This document shows positions 1 to 9,661 of a stretch of 64,000 bases of DNA, piece after piece; the first letter of the stretch is position 1; the number at the start of each line of letters is the position of its first letter. The notes under the pieces were generated by a model. The model made no database searches. It was not told the DNA's origin and saw nothing but the letters and a program-made list of their open reading frames with translations. The DNA comes from an uncultured archaeon (GTDB taxonomy: Archaea > Thermoplasmatota > Penumbrarchaeia > JASLWR01): contig CAYSHM010000003.1 of assembly GCA_964430885.1 (NCBI GenBank), forward strand, positions 128,001 to 192,000, read 5' to 3'. The position numbers and the translations under genes were made by a program.

Positions 1-856
1 TTATGCTTTGGGGGGAACCATGCTGAACACTACGGCGGGGAATATCCTCCTCACCCTGCATCTTGTATTGATATTCCTTCCGGTTATAATCGGCGTAATA
101 AGATCCAGAAAGGTCCACCTGACAAAAGATAAGGTCCCAGTTAAAGGAATAAAGAAAAAGATCAAACTGGGTTTCTTTTCCGACCTGCATCTGGGACTTT
201 TGGTGGGCAAAAAGAGGCTTTCATGGATAACAGGCATCTATGATAAATGGAGACCTGACCTCCTGATCATCGGAGGCGACCTCTATGACACTAAACCGGC
301 CAACATAAAAGGGATGGAAAGCAGGCTCAGAAAATTAGCCCGAATAGCTCCCGCCTATACTGTCATGGGAAATCATGAGTTCATCAACGGTGTGGAAGCC
401 TGCACCGAGCATATTCTGAAAATGGGTATGACACCTCTTCGGAACAAGACTATCAAAGACGAAAGAACAGGATTGAACCTGATAGGCGTAGATGATACAG
501 GCGGGCAATCCCCCATTCATGACAACTCTTTTGATGCGCGAAGCTTCATTGAAGCTAATTGCGGGGACAAATCAGGCAGCCCAATAATCTTTATTAACCA
601 TTCTCCGCTCCTCTTCGGAAAAGCTGCCGAGTGCGGTATAGAACTCCAGCTCAGCGGACATACGCACGGCGGGCAGATGTGGCCCTTCGGCTATATCACA
701 AGAGCGCTGTTCAAGGACGGCGACAGAGGTCTGAACCGAAAGGGCAGCAGTTATCTATTAACATCAATGGGTGCTGGAACATGGGGCCCCCCGATAAGAA
801 CAGGGTCCCGAAGCGAGATCCATCTCATTGAGCTAGTGCCTATGAAGGAAGGGTGA
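1..856 (+). CDS. Calcineurin-like metallophosphoesterase (YkuE-like), 5' truncated by the window edge
   Basis: Motifs SDLH, GGDLYD, GNHE, NHSP, SGHTHGGQ and GAGTWGPPIR. The frame is open from the window start. Confidence 0.9.
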   Translation, partial: YALGGTMLNTTAGNILLTLHLVLIFLPVIIGVIRSRKVHLTKDKVPVKGIKKKIKLGFFSDLHLGLLVGKKRLSWITGIYDKWRPDLLIIGGDLYDTKPANIKGMESRLRKLARIAPAYTVMGNHEFINGVEACTEHILKMGMTPLRNKTIKDERTGLNLIGVDDTGGQSPIHDNSFDARSFIEANCGDKSGSPIIFINHSPLLFGKAAECGIELQLSGHTHGGQMWPFGYITRALFKDGDRGLNRKGSSYLLTSMGAGTWGPPIRTGSRSEIHLIELVPMKEG

Positions 857-1057
857 GCAGTTTATTTTGCGACTTACAAAGGTTATCATACCAAAAAACA
901 TAATTGATACGAGGGGAGAAAAGTTTAGGAACAGGTATGGAAATATGTGGGTCATTTACCCGTAGAAATATTATTGAATAAAATACATCGTTCCCCATTC
1001 CGAATTAGATACCTAGATGAAAATGGATTATCTAATTGATAAAATGTGTAATAATTT

Positions 1058-4000
1058 TCATTCACTCTTTTTGGAGTTTTTTTTTGGTAAAGGTGGAATT
1101 TTTTTGGGCCGGGATAAGGGATGTACTTCTGCATAAGGTATGGTTTTATCACTTTCTACAGTTGATTTTGGTGAACTAACTTCATTTGAAGCTTGAACTG
1201 AACTGACCATTGGCAACGCCAGGTTGCTAGGAGAAGGAGGCAGAGGAGGGGGCGGGGGAATCTTTTTTGGTGCAGGGTGTTGCTGCTGTTGCGTAGTGAT
1301 TTCCGGCGAAGGTAAATGAAGTTTGGATAGATCGGGTTTTTGTTCGAAAATGCGTCCCTTCCTATTTTCTTTCGGCGGGTAATAATGTTGCTCTTTGAAA
1401 TTTTGCGGAGTTACATCTAAAATTAGGGGTTCAGCATTTATGCGCTGAATGTCAGCTTCAGTAATTCCCTTAGTGGGTTCTGACAGAATTTCAGTGTACT
1501 CAATTTCATTCTCGTCATATTCAATATAACCATCATTGCGACGCTTTCTAAGTCCGATTAACAGCAATATAATTATTAAAGCCAAAATTATTATTGCCAC
1601 TGGCCAAAGCCACCAGTATGAGCTGTCAGAAGTGACAACATCGTCCTTGTCGATTATTACTAGAGTTATTGTTTCCGTTGTAGTTATATTCGAGTATCCT
1701 ATACTCACCGTCACATCATATTTACCTTTCAGGGTGTTTTCAACATCCACAAATCTAAGAATCAATAAAACTTCTTCTCCAATATTCACATCAATTGAAT
1801 TCTGAACAATTACATATTTTGAAATCTCACCAAGGATACTTATTTCAGCAACTTCATTGAATTCACCAAGATTCAGTAAGGTAATTTTAACCTCGGCCCA
1901 AGAGCCAGCTGTAATTTCTAAATATTTTTTTTCTAATGTTACATTTATTTTATGAATCAATTTCTCTCCGATTTTCACCGTGAACTGAAAGACTGAACTG
2001 TTGAAAACAATATTGGTCGTCCCCAAATATGCTTGTACCATCCAATAATATGTAGAATTATTCACTAATTCATCCACTTCTATGGATGTGTTGATTGTTT
2101 CATGGAAGTGAACTGAAAGGTTTTCCGGGGAAAAACCAATTAAAACATTGAAGGTGATATTTACACCCTGAGTATTGAAAGCTGTCCAGTTCAATGTAGT
2201 TGAGGTCGTATTTATAATTGATGAATTTTCAGGAGAAAGTAAGGAAAGTGTAATGTTAGGTTTTGTTGAGAAATCCAATATCTCAACCGTGATGTTTCTG
2301 TAATTTGAACCTCCATCTTTGTCATTGAGCTCAAATCTTATCATACCCTTACCGCTTTTCTCGGCCGATGACGGGATGATTGTTAGATCGGATTGATCCT
2401 TTATGAACGTTTCGAACAATCCAATCGGTCCAAATTCAATAATATGCCAAAACAATGAGGGCCCATCTTCGGCATCTTTGCCGTATCCTGTTAAATTCAT
2501 AGTGGAATCATGGTCGTTGTATACAAGAATTCCCGTGAAATTCTGATCAAACATAGGCAAGTTATTGAGGATTATCATTGAAGAATTAACATAGTGCCAA
2601 TCCGCCGTAATACCGTCATTATCTTTAATCATAACTCGAAAGGAGGGTGGGCCAGTATCAAAATTCAATGGTACTATCCATTCAGCTGAATAGTTCTGAC
2701 CTTCATTGTTGTAATACACATCCAAGTTCTGCCAGGATCTGGTTCTTGTTCGAACTTGAACAATAGGAAGAGAGAAATCAACTCCAACACCTGGAACCTC
2801 ATCATCAATGAAAATGAATACTGATTCACCTCTAAATGCGGAAACAGGAGCAACATTGAAACTGAATTGGTTTACTGGTTTGGTATTGTTGTCCAAAACA
2901 GCAAGAGTGAACTCTGTGTGGTCCCAACCACCATTGCCGTCATCAACGGAAATATTTACCGAAAAGTTCCCTATATCAGATCGCTTTGGTGAACCGAACA
3001 GGGTCCCATCCTCATTGTCAAAATAAAGCCATGTGGCATTGGAAACAAAATGCCATGTAATTTCGCCCTGGCCGTCATCGGTGGAGTTATAGTCGTTATA
3101 ATATTCTTCATCTTGGTCAATCACTATGATATTTGATGTAATAATTTGGGGAGGAATATTGTTAATAGTAAGAATAAAATTAATAGAAACGCTGCAGTAT
3201 TCATCAGAAATCGTCGCATTAATCCAGAAAGTACCTACGTCTCCGTTATTTGGAATCCCATGAATTGAACCATTATTGGAAAACGTGAGCCAATTGGGTT
3301 TGGTTACTACATCCCATTCACCCGGGTTGTATCCGTATTCAACGATGCATTGTCCATAATAATAATGGTCTTCATAAGGTGTCAAATTTGTTGGCATTGA
3401 TATTTTAAGACACAATGGGCAATCATCTGAAGCCATGGATGCACCATCCAGCTCATAAACAATGTCAACAACACCGAATGGAGATAGATCATCAGGTTCA
3501 ACCCAATTTGACCAATAGTTGCCTTTTGAACCAGTGTCCCAATAATTTCCCGTTCCATCATCCTGTGCTTGGGAGAAATGATGTTTATTCTCAAGTATAA
3601 AGTTCTCATGTATAGAGTTGAAATCAGAATGACCATTTACACTTAAACCATATTCTGAATTGTCGATAATTGTATTTTTGGAGATTGTATTGCTGTTTGA
3701 TCTATCTAAGTGGATACCGCCTCTGATACCGTTTTCATAATAATGACTGATCTCATTTACCGATAGAAAGCGGTTATAGATACAAATTTCATCAATTTGA
3801 CCGTCAAAAAAACGCGGATTTCCAGTATCATATAATTTCCCGATCCGTAAGGGAGTCCCAGGATTTACTAAATCTGGATCCCCAGTTCCTCCAACAGTAG
3901 TAGATGACTCCATTCCATCTATATATATTGAAATATCCTTTTCATATGCATCATACACACAAGAAACAAAATGCCATTCATTATCCGCTACATCATCATT

Positions 4001-5854
4001 GGAATATTCCCACCGATTCATATTATTATTACCCTGGACAAATAATCTCACCTTACCTGACACAATTCTGAAATTGTAATGATCTCTTTCGGTCGGTTTT
4101 GCCAAAATGGTATTATCTCCGTCCGAATTGGATGTTTTTATCCAGGCGGTCATTGAGAAATCATTTCTGCCGAAATGGTGAGAAACGTCGTCGTTGATCT
4201 CAATGGAATCATCAAATCCGTCAAAAAAACCTGAATTATAATACCTTCCGGGGGAAAGAGTGGCCCCTCCTTCTGCGGTTCCATGGTTTCCAAATCCTGA
4301 ATCATCCTTTACCTCGTCAGTATTCCCGCCCCATGAAATCTCATCCATCTTCCAGTGACCCACAAGACCCGCACGGGTTTTCGTATCAGCTGCATAATTT
4401 GAACCAACTGTATTACTAGTTATCTGGTTCCCGTTTGAGGAATCTAACAATAGACCTGAAACTCCATTGTTTATCAATTCATTGTTCATCAATGTATTGC
4501 CTTCGGAATGGGCCAAATCAATTCCGTTTCCCTTGTTTGAATCAATGGTGTTATTCGTTAAGCCATTATCATCCGAATTGGACAGAAAAATTCCGCTATT
4601 AACACCGAAGATGAAATTACGAAGGATTTCATCTCGTGTTAGGGGGCGGTTATAGATTCTAACCTCATCTATGGGGCCACAGTTGTTCTCATTTGTTTCA
4701 CACTCGTATCTGCCGATTTGAATATCACGTCCATAATTGGAGATTGAACCTGTGGTAGGCAGGAAATTTTCCCGTATGCCGTTAACAAATATGCACATTT
4801 TTGACCCATCGAAAGAACCGGTAACATGATACCAAATTCCCAATTGAGGAATTGTCCTGCTTTCTATGAGATGCAGTGTGTTCCCAATGGATAACTCAAA
4901 AGCAAAGTTCGAAGCTGCACCATCAAGGCCAATCGCCCATTCCTGATAAGGTGAAGTTGGAAAAGAAGAGTAGGATTTGGAAATTATTTTATCGTATGCA
5001 CCCTTTGTATTGTATTTCACCCATGCAGAAATCGTTAGACCATCGCCCATATTGAATTCTGGAACGTGAGGTATGGATATATAATCATTGACACCATCAA
5101 AATTTCCCGCGGTCCCTAGTATTCCCGGAACATTGGTCATTCCTCCGTAAATAGTACCGTCGTTCCCCAATCCGCTGAAATCCTTTACTTCACCTCCCCA
5201 CGGGACATCGTCCATCCTCCAGTATCCGACTAGTCCGGAAGTAGCAGGATCCATACCAAAATTTCGAACGACGGTATTATTATCCAATTTGTTAAAATTG
5301 GAATTGTTCAGGTGAATTCCCCGATTATTACCTTCAAGATGACAGTTCTCAATAGTATTATGATTGGAGTTCAACAGAATTCCCGCAGCACCAGGCTCCA
5401 CACCACTGTTTGTTATCTTAAAACCATTGATGGTACAATAATCACCGTTAACGGTTATTACCGACCCCGCTCCGGAACCATTTATCTCTGTGAATCCAGG
5501 CCCCATCCCTTGAATGGTTATAGATTTGCCTGATGGAACGATGATATTCTCTATATATTGACCTTCACTAACCCTTATCGTATCACCCGAAGGACCGGCT
5601 GCCAGAACTGCAGCGGATATCGATGGGTAGACCTCGGGAACTTCAAGGCTGTTCCGGATTCTTGAAGATCCCATCGGAAATAGATTGGTTTCGGATTCAT
5701 CACCTACTGATAAAGACTCGGATTCATCGTAAAATATATTTGTTTCAAGTTTTTCATGTGGATTTGAATGCATTGGAGAAAATATGAATACGGTATTGAT
5801 CATCAAGAGGAAGAGTGTTATTATGGAAAACCGTTTATTCATTCCAAGCACCAT
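1058..5854 (-). CDS. Large secreted single-pass surface protein: parallel beta-helix (NosD/PbH1-like) with two inserted LamG/ConA domains, cadherin/Ig-like and FN3-like domains, C-terminal TM and Pro-rich cytoplasmic tail
   Basis: N-terminal signal peptide; GIxLxxSxxNxLxxN repeats; GNYWSNW; two LVGxWxMD...FDGxxD...IDExxIYNR LamG units; TM WWLWPVAIIILALIIILLLIGL followed by RKRR. Confidence 0.85.
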   Translation of the reverse strand: MVLGMNKRFSIITLFLLMINTVFIFSPMHSNPHEKLETNIFYDESESLSVGDESETNLFPMGSSRIRNSLEVPEVYPSISAAVLAAGPSGDTIRVSEGQYIENIIVPSGKSITIQGMGPGFTEINGSGAGSVITVNGDYCTINGFKITNSGVEPGAAGILLNSNHNTIENCHLEGNNRGIHLNNSNFNKLDNNTVVRNFGMDPATSGLVGYWRMDDVPWGGEVKDFSGLGNDGTIYGGMTNVPGILGTAGNFDGVNDYISIPHVPEFNMGDGLTISAWVKYNTKGAYDKIISKSYSSFPTSPYQEWAIGLDGAASNFAFELSIGNTLHLIESRTIPQLGIWYHVTGSFDGSKMCIFVNGIRENFLPTTGSISNYGRDIQIGRYECETNENNCGPIDEVRIYNRPLTRDEILRNFIFGVNSGIFLSNSDDNGLTNNTIDSNKGNGIDLAHSEGNTLMNNELINNGVSGLLLDSSNGNQITSNTVGSNYAADTKTRAGLVGHWKMDEISWGGNTDEVKDDSGFGNHGTAEGGATLSPGRYYNSGFFDGFDDSIEINDDVSHHFGRNDFSMTAWIKTSNSDGDNTILAKPTERDHYNFRIVSGKVRLFVQGNNNMNRWEYSNDDVADNEWHFVSCVYDAYEKDISIYIDGMESSTTVGGTGDPDLVNPGTPLRIGKLYDTGNPRFFDGQIDEICIYNRFLSVNEISHYYENGIRGGIHLDRSNSNTISKNTIIDNSEYGLSVNGHSDFNSIHENFILENKHHFSQAQDDGTGNYWDTGSKGNYWSNWVEPDDLSPFGVVDIVYELDGASMASDDCPLCLKISMPTNLTPYEDHYYYGQCIVEYGYNPGEWDVVTKPNWLTFSNNGSIHGIPNNGDVGTFWINATISDEYCSVSINFILTINNIPPQIITSNIIVIDQDEEYYNDYNSTDDGQGEITWHFVSNATWLYFDNEDGTLFGSPKRSDIGNFSVNISVDDGNGGWDHTEFTLAVLDNNTKPVNQFSFNVAPVSAFRGESVFIFIDDEVPGVGVDFSLPIVQVRTRTRSWQNLDVYYNNEGQNYSAEWIVPLNFDTGPPSFRVMIKDNDGITADWHYVNSSMIILNNLPMFDQNFTGILVYNDHDSTMNLTGYGKDAEDGPSLFWHIIEFGPIGLFETFIKDQSDLTIIPSSAEKSGKGMIRFELNDKDGGSNYRNITVEILDFSTKPNITLSLLSPENSSIINTTSTTLNWTAFNTQGVNITFNVLIGFSPENLSVHFHETINTSIEVDELVNNSTYYWMVQAYLGTTNIVFNSSVFQFTVKIGEKLIHKINVTLEKKYLEITAGSWAEVKITLLNLGEFNEVAEISILGEISKYVIVQNSIDVNIGEEVLLILRFVDVENTLKGKYDVTVSIGYSNITTTETITLVIIDKDDVVTSDSSYWWLWPVAIIILALIIILLLIGLRKRRNDGYIEYDENEIEYTEILSEPTKGITEADIQRINAEPLILDVTPQNFKEQHYYPPKENRKGRIFEQKPDLSKLHLPSPEITTQQQQHPAPKKIPPPPPLPPSPSNLALPMVSSVQASNEVSSPKSTVESDKTIPYAEVHPLSRPKKIPPLPKKNSKKSE

Positions 5855-5950
5855 TATTCGGCTTAAATGAAGTTTTTGATTTTAATTTTTACTCCTTCTT
5901 TTTTATAAAACACTTCTGTTAGAGTGTGGGATTTCAGTAATGAATGAGAA

Positions 5951-6445
5951 TCAATCTTCATAGATTTTCTCAAAAAAACCGGTCTTTCTGTTCTTCCTCA
6001 CGTTATCCCATTCGAAATATTGTCCATTCATGACTATATAGATTCCATTATCAAGAGATTGAACGAAAGCAAGCGCGCTTCCGAGATTGAAAAGTCCGTC
6101 TGAACTTCCAAAAGTATAAGGGATCATAGCACCTGTCAATACAATGGTTTTATTATGAATTTTTTCGGCCAACAATTGGGCAGTTTTTTCCATTGTATCC
6201 GTACCATGGGTTACAATGATCTTATCTTCCTTTGCTTTTAAACAGTTAATCAAGATTATTTCCCGATCCTCATCCGTAATACTGAGACTGTCCACCATCA
6301 TCAATGTACGGATCTCATAAGGAACCATAGATCGCCCAAGTTTAAGCATCTCCTGAATATGGGTGTCTTTGAAAAAGAGTTCTCCGTTGATCATATTGTA
6401 TTCCTTGTCGAAAGTTCCGCCAGTAACGAAAATCTTGATTGTCAT
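5951..6445 (-). CDS. Asparaginase/glutaminase N-terminal-domain-only protein
   Basis: TGGTFDK, HGTDTM and LTGAMIP motifs. Start moved to the ATG at 6445 (MTIKIFVTGGT). Confidence 0.9.
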   Translation of the reverse strand: MTIKIFVTGGTFDKEYNMINGELFFKDTHIQEMLKLGRSMVPYEIRTLMMVDSLSITDEDREIILINCLKAKEDKIIVTHGTDTMEKTAQLLAEKIHNKTIVLTGAMIPYTFGSSDGLFNLGSALAFVQSLDNGIYIVMNGQYFEWDNVRKNRKTGFFEKIYED

Positions 6446-6611
6446 CGATGCGGAGTGAATTCCAATGTTCATTATAAACTTTGTTTTTCAAATTATTGTT
6501 TTAATGTGGAACTCGACCCATCTGGAAAACAATGGATAGTGTTAAGTCATGATGATAAATTTAATGAAGTAACGGTTTTGATAATGGGTCTTGCTTATTG
6601 TAATTAAAAAT

Positions 6612-6833
6612 TTATAACTGTTTAAAATCAGGTTTGGCGGATTTGGACATGTATTCAATACCGACATAATTCAAGTTATAATATATTATTCCAAGACGTT
6701 TCAGTTGTTTAGCATATTTCCAAAATTTTTCTTCACTTATATTCAATTCCTTGGTTAATAAAGAAACAAGAACCATTTGTCCAGGCTCATCTATGTGTTT
6801 GGCAATTTGATCAAATACTACAACCAGATCCAA
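6612..6833 (-). CDS. Small hypothetical protein, possibly winged-helix
   Basis: GGTGA SD before a TTG start; helix pattern LTKELNISEEKFWKYAKQLKRLGIIY. Confidence 0.55.
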   Translation of the reverse strand: MDLVVVFDQIAKHIDEPGQMVLVSLLTKELNISEEKFWKYAKQLKRLGIIYYNLNYVGIEYMSKSAKPDFKQL

Positions 6834-7035
6834 TTTCTCACCAAAAATTGCTATCGCGCTTAGGGTTTAAAAAGATTTTGAACTCAATCAATCGAAACCT
6901 GACATTTTTGTAGATATGTTTCATTTATAATCCTAAATTCCAGTCCACATTAAAATCTTACCACTGAGGGATTTATCAGTGATACTTAGATAAACTAAGA
7001 GTTTAATAATGAGCCATTGCTTCGGTGGATGCAAG

Positions 7036-8472
7036 ATGATATCCCTAATATGGCTAATGATGAAGGAGGAGTTCAGGTTCCATACCAATTTCGCCTCCAA
7101 GGTAAATTTCTTCTTTTTTCCCGTTATTGCCCTACTGGTGGGCGCCATCGGTCCATTGGGGATACCCAACATCTCCGAGAGCATGGACATTGAAAGAATG
7201 GTTATCTATCTGCATGTTTCCATGCTATTCTACGGCTTCTCCATCGGCAGCATTACCTTTCTCGGTGGGGATTATATTGAACGGCGGTTCGGCAATGTGA
7301 CATTTATCCGGTTCACCCCGAGAACCCTTCCCTGGAGTTTCCGAAAAGCCTTCGCGGTCTACTATATCCAGGACCTGATCTTCTATCTTCTCTTGACCAT
7401 AATACCCCTCACCGCAGGCGGTATGATATCTTCCTTTATTCAGGGTATGAACCCTGGCCAGGCCCTCCTGCTTGGATTCACCTTTTTCCTGGCATTCAGC
7501 ACTGGGCTGACCTTTTCATTTCTGTCTGCCGGGATTTTCAGCCGCGGGAAGAAGTTCTTCATCCCTTACGCTGTACTCCTGGTAACCGGAATAATCTCCA
7601 TGGTGGTGGTACCTGAATCCATCCATAGGTTCCTATTACCCTCCTATCAGTTCTTTCAAACAAAGAATTACCTTTTCATGATACTGAATATTCTCTATGT
7701 TGCACTGCTCTTTGACTTGGGGGTGATGCTTATCAGAGAATATCCTGCCAAACGGATGTTCAAGGTCAAGAGCGTGCTCCATGAGATCCATAAACGCTTC
7801 TCGTTCAGCAGGAACTATTCACTGATGATATCAAAGGAGATCATAGATATCAAGCGGTCCAATACCATTTCCAAAATGCTTTTTTCCACTGTTATGCCCC
7901 TGCTTCTCATTACTGGAATGACATGGTTCATTGAGACCGGGTTCGATCTTGAACTGGGATTCAATACCGTGTTCTATGCCAGCCTGATAGGTTATTTTCA
8001 GGTGGTCACCTACAGCTGGATGAACAACTCGGAAAAGGTGGATTACTACGAAACACTGCCGGTCACAGTGGCCAAGGTTATAAAGTCCAAGATAATGGTA
8101 TGCGTGGTAATAGCAAATCTGATGTCATTCCTTTTTGTGATATTCGTTTCATTCCTGCTGAAAGAAGTGGAACTTGTACCCATAGCTCTGGCGGTGATGT
8201 TCTTCAACATACTTTACTGCGTGACGGTCATAGGTTATCTTACAGGTCTGAGGACAAATTCGGCTCTGTTTGATATCAGGATACTGATGAAGTTCAGCGC
8301 CTTTGCAATGGTTCCGCTAATATTCATGATGGCATTTTCCAGGATAATCGATAATAAATGGATATTCGCCCTGGTATCCCTTGTGGGTGTCTGTATAATA
8401 ATGGGCGGTGTTGTGCTCCTCCTATACCGGGCTATAGATAATAAATGGAAGAACGAAAGGTTCGTCATATAA
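7036..8472 (+). CDS. Polytopic membrane protein, ABC-2 exporter permease-like (two internal halves, about 12 TM)
   Basis: KEEFR and KEIIDIKR amphipathic starts of the two halves; TLPWS and TLPVT loop motifs; many hydrophobic segments. GGTGG SD precedes the ATG at 7036. Confidence 0.7.
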   Translation: MISLIWLMMKEEFRFHTNFASKVNFFFFPVIALLVGAIGPLGIPNISESMDIERMVIYLHVSMLFYGFSIGSITFLGGDYIERRFGNVTFIRFTPRTLPWSFRKAFAVYYIQDLIFYLLLTIIPLTAGGMISSFIQGMNPGQALLLGFTFFLAFSTGLTFSFLSAGIFSRGKKFFIPYAVLLVTGIISMVVVPESIHRFLLPSYQFFQTKNYLFMILNILYVALLFDLGVMLIREYPAKRMFKVKSVLHEIHKRFSFSRNYSLMISKEIIDIKRSNTISKMLFSTVMPLLLITGMTWFIETGFDLELGFNTVFYASLIGYFQVVTYSWMNNSEKVDYYETLPVTVAKVIKSKIMVCVVIANLMSFLFVIFVSFLLKEVELVPIALAVMFFNILYCVTVIGYLTGLRTNSALFDIRILMKFSAFAMVPLIFMMAFSRIIDNKWIFALVSLVGVCIIMGGVVLLLYRAIDNKWKNERFVI

Positions 8473-8479
8473 CTTCAAA

Positions 8480-9538
8480 TTGGCAGATGCTGCTTTAACG
8501 ATTGACAAATATAAATTGAACAACGAGGTGATCCGGATACGGGAATGGGTAAGACCCCTATATACTGAAAGGCCGAAGATAGGGATTGTCGGAACTGGAA
8601 TCGGCGGTTCGGGTCTCATCGATGAACTTCGGGAGATGAGCCTGCTCTTCCGGAATATCGATGACCTGGTACTGGTCCAGATGGAATCCCTTAACAGTAT
8701 GGGTCCTATCTGGGATTCACAGGGTTTCGAGTTCGATTCCTTTTTGGAGGACGGGGGAAAGGATGGACTTGAAGGTGACCTTATCGGCAGGGATTGGCTG
8801 GATAGAAACCTGATGATGATGAATCCGGCCTATTCCATCCTCCGCAATATGCCCCTGGAAACAGTTAAATGGGCTGCGCATCTCGTTTTAGAGCTTGACA
8901 TGGTCTACATTATCAGCGAATTGAAAAAGGACGCCCTTGACCTGTGTCTTCTCATCGACGCCCTGTGCACAAAGTTCGATAGAAATGATATACTGTTTCT
9001 GGTCAGACCCGACTCCATTCTGGAGAGCCACAATATCCGCTATTACAACAACCGCACCCAGCACCTCTCCTTATGTTCAGACTGCGCCATAATGACACCT
9101 GAACTGATTATGGATAACCCGGATGACCTGGCCGAGATAATAATCGGCCTTCACAAGGTCATCTTTCATACCGGAACAGTTAACATCGACCTAGCAGATG
9201 TCCGGAGCATTGCAGGGTCGGGAAACGTCGGTATGATAGGCGTGGGAAGGGGCAAGGGGCTGACAAAGGCGGAGCAGGCCTCCAAAAGGGTGGTGAAGCA
9301 CCCTATGATAGATATCGACATATCCTGGATACGCCGGCTGATAATCTGTGTGGAAGGTGGTGCGGATATGACCATAAATGAGAGCAAGGTGGCATCCCAG
9401 TTCATAAAAGAGAAACTCAAAGAGGAAGCGAAGATAATTTGGGGTGCATATGTAAATCCAAAGATGTCCCAGCGGTTGGACATAGTGCTGTTAGTGGGGT
9501 TGACGGCAAATCAGGCCCTGACCCGTAAGCTTTACTGA
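8480..9538 (+). CDS. Divergent FtsZ/tubulin-superfamily protein lacking the GGGTG(T/S)G signature
   Basis: KIGIVGTGIGGS (T1 region), GTVNIDLADVR (T7 loop), GMIGVGRGKG, HPMIDIDI, VEGGADMTINE and IIWGA match the FtsZ fold. Confidence 0.8.
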   Translation: MADAALTIDKYKLNNEVIRIREWVRPLYTERPKIGIVGTGIGGSGLIDELREMSLLFRNIDDLVLVQMESLNSMGPIWDSQGFEFDSFLEDGGKDGLEGDLIGRDWLDRNLMMMNPAYSILRNMPLETVKWAAHLVLELDMVYIISELKKDALDLCLLIDALCTKFDRNDILFLVRPDSILESHNIRYYNNRTQHLSLCSDCAIMTPELIMDNPDDLAEIIIGLHKVIFHTGTVNIDLADVRSIAGSGNVGMIGVGRGKGLTKAEQASKRVVKHPMIDIDISWIRRLIICVEGGADMTINESKVASQFIKEKLKEEAKIIWGAYVNPKMSQRLDIVLLVGLTANQALTRKLY

Positions 9539-9661
9539 TCAAAAAAAGATTTTTCAAGCAGTTCTTTGCTGTAAATGCCTCGATAATAAATATAATGCAA
9601 CCTTTTTAAGGAAGGAAAGACTATATCGGCTGAGCTTGGTTCAAGTCTTAGGTGGGTTATT

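Noticed and set aside
9628-9652. GGTTCAAGTC, resembling a tRNA T-loop
   Set aside because: No acceptor, D or anticodon stems could be built. It lies in the leader of the next CDS.
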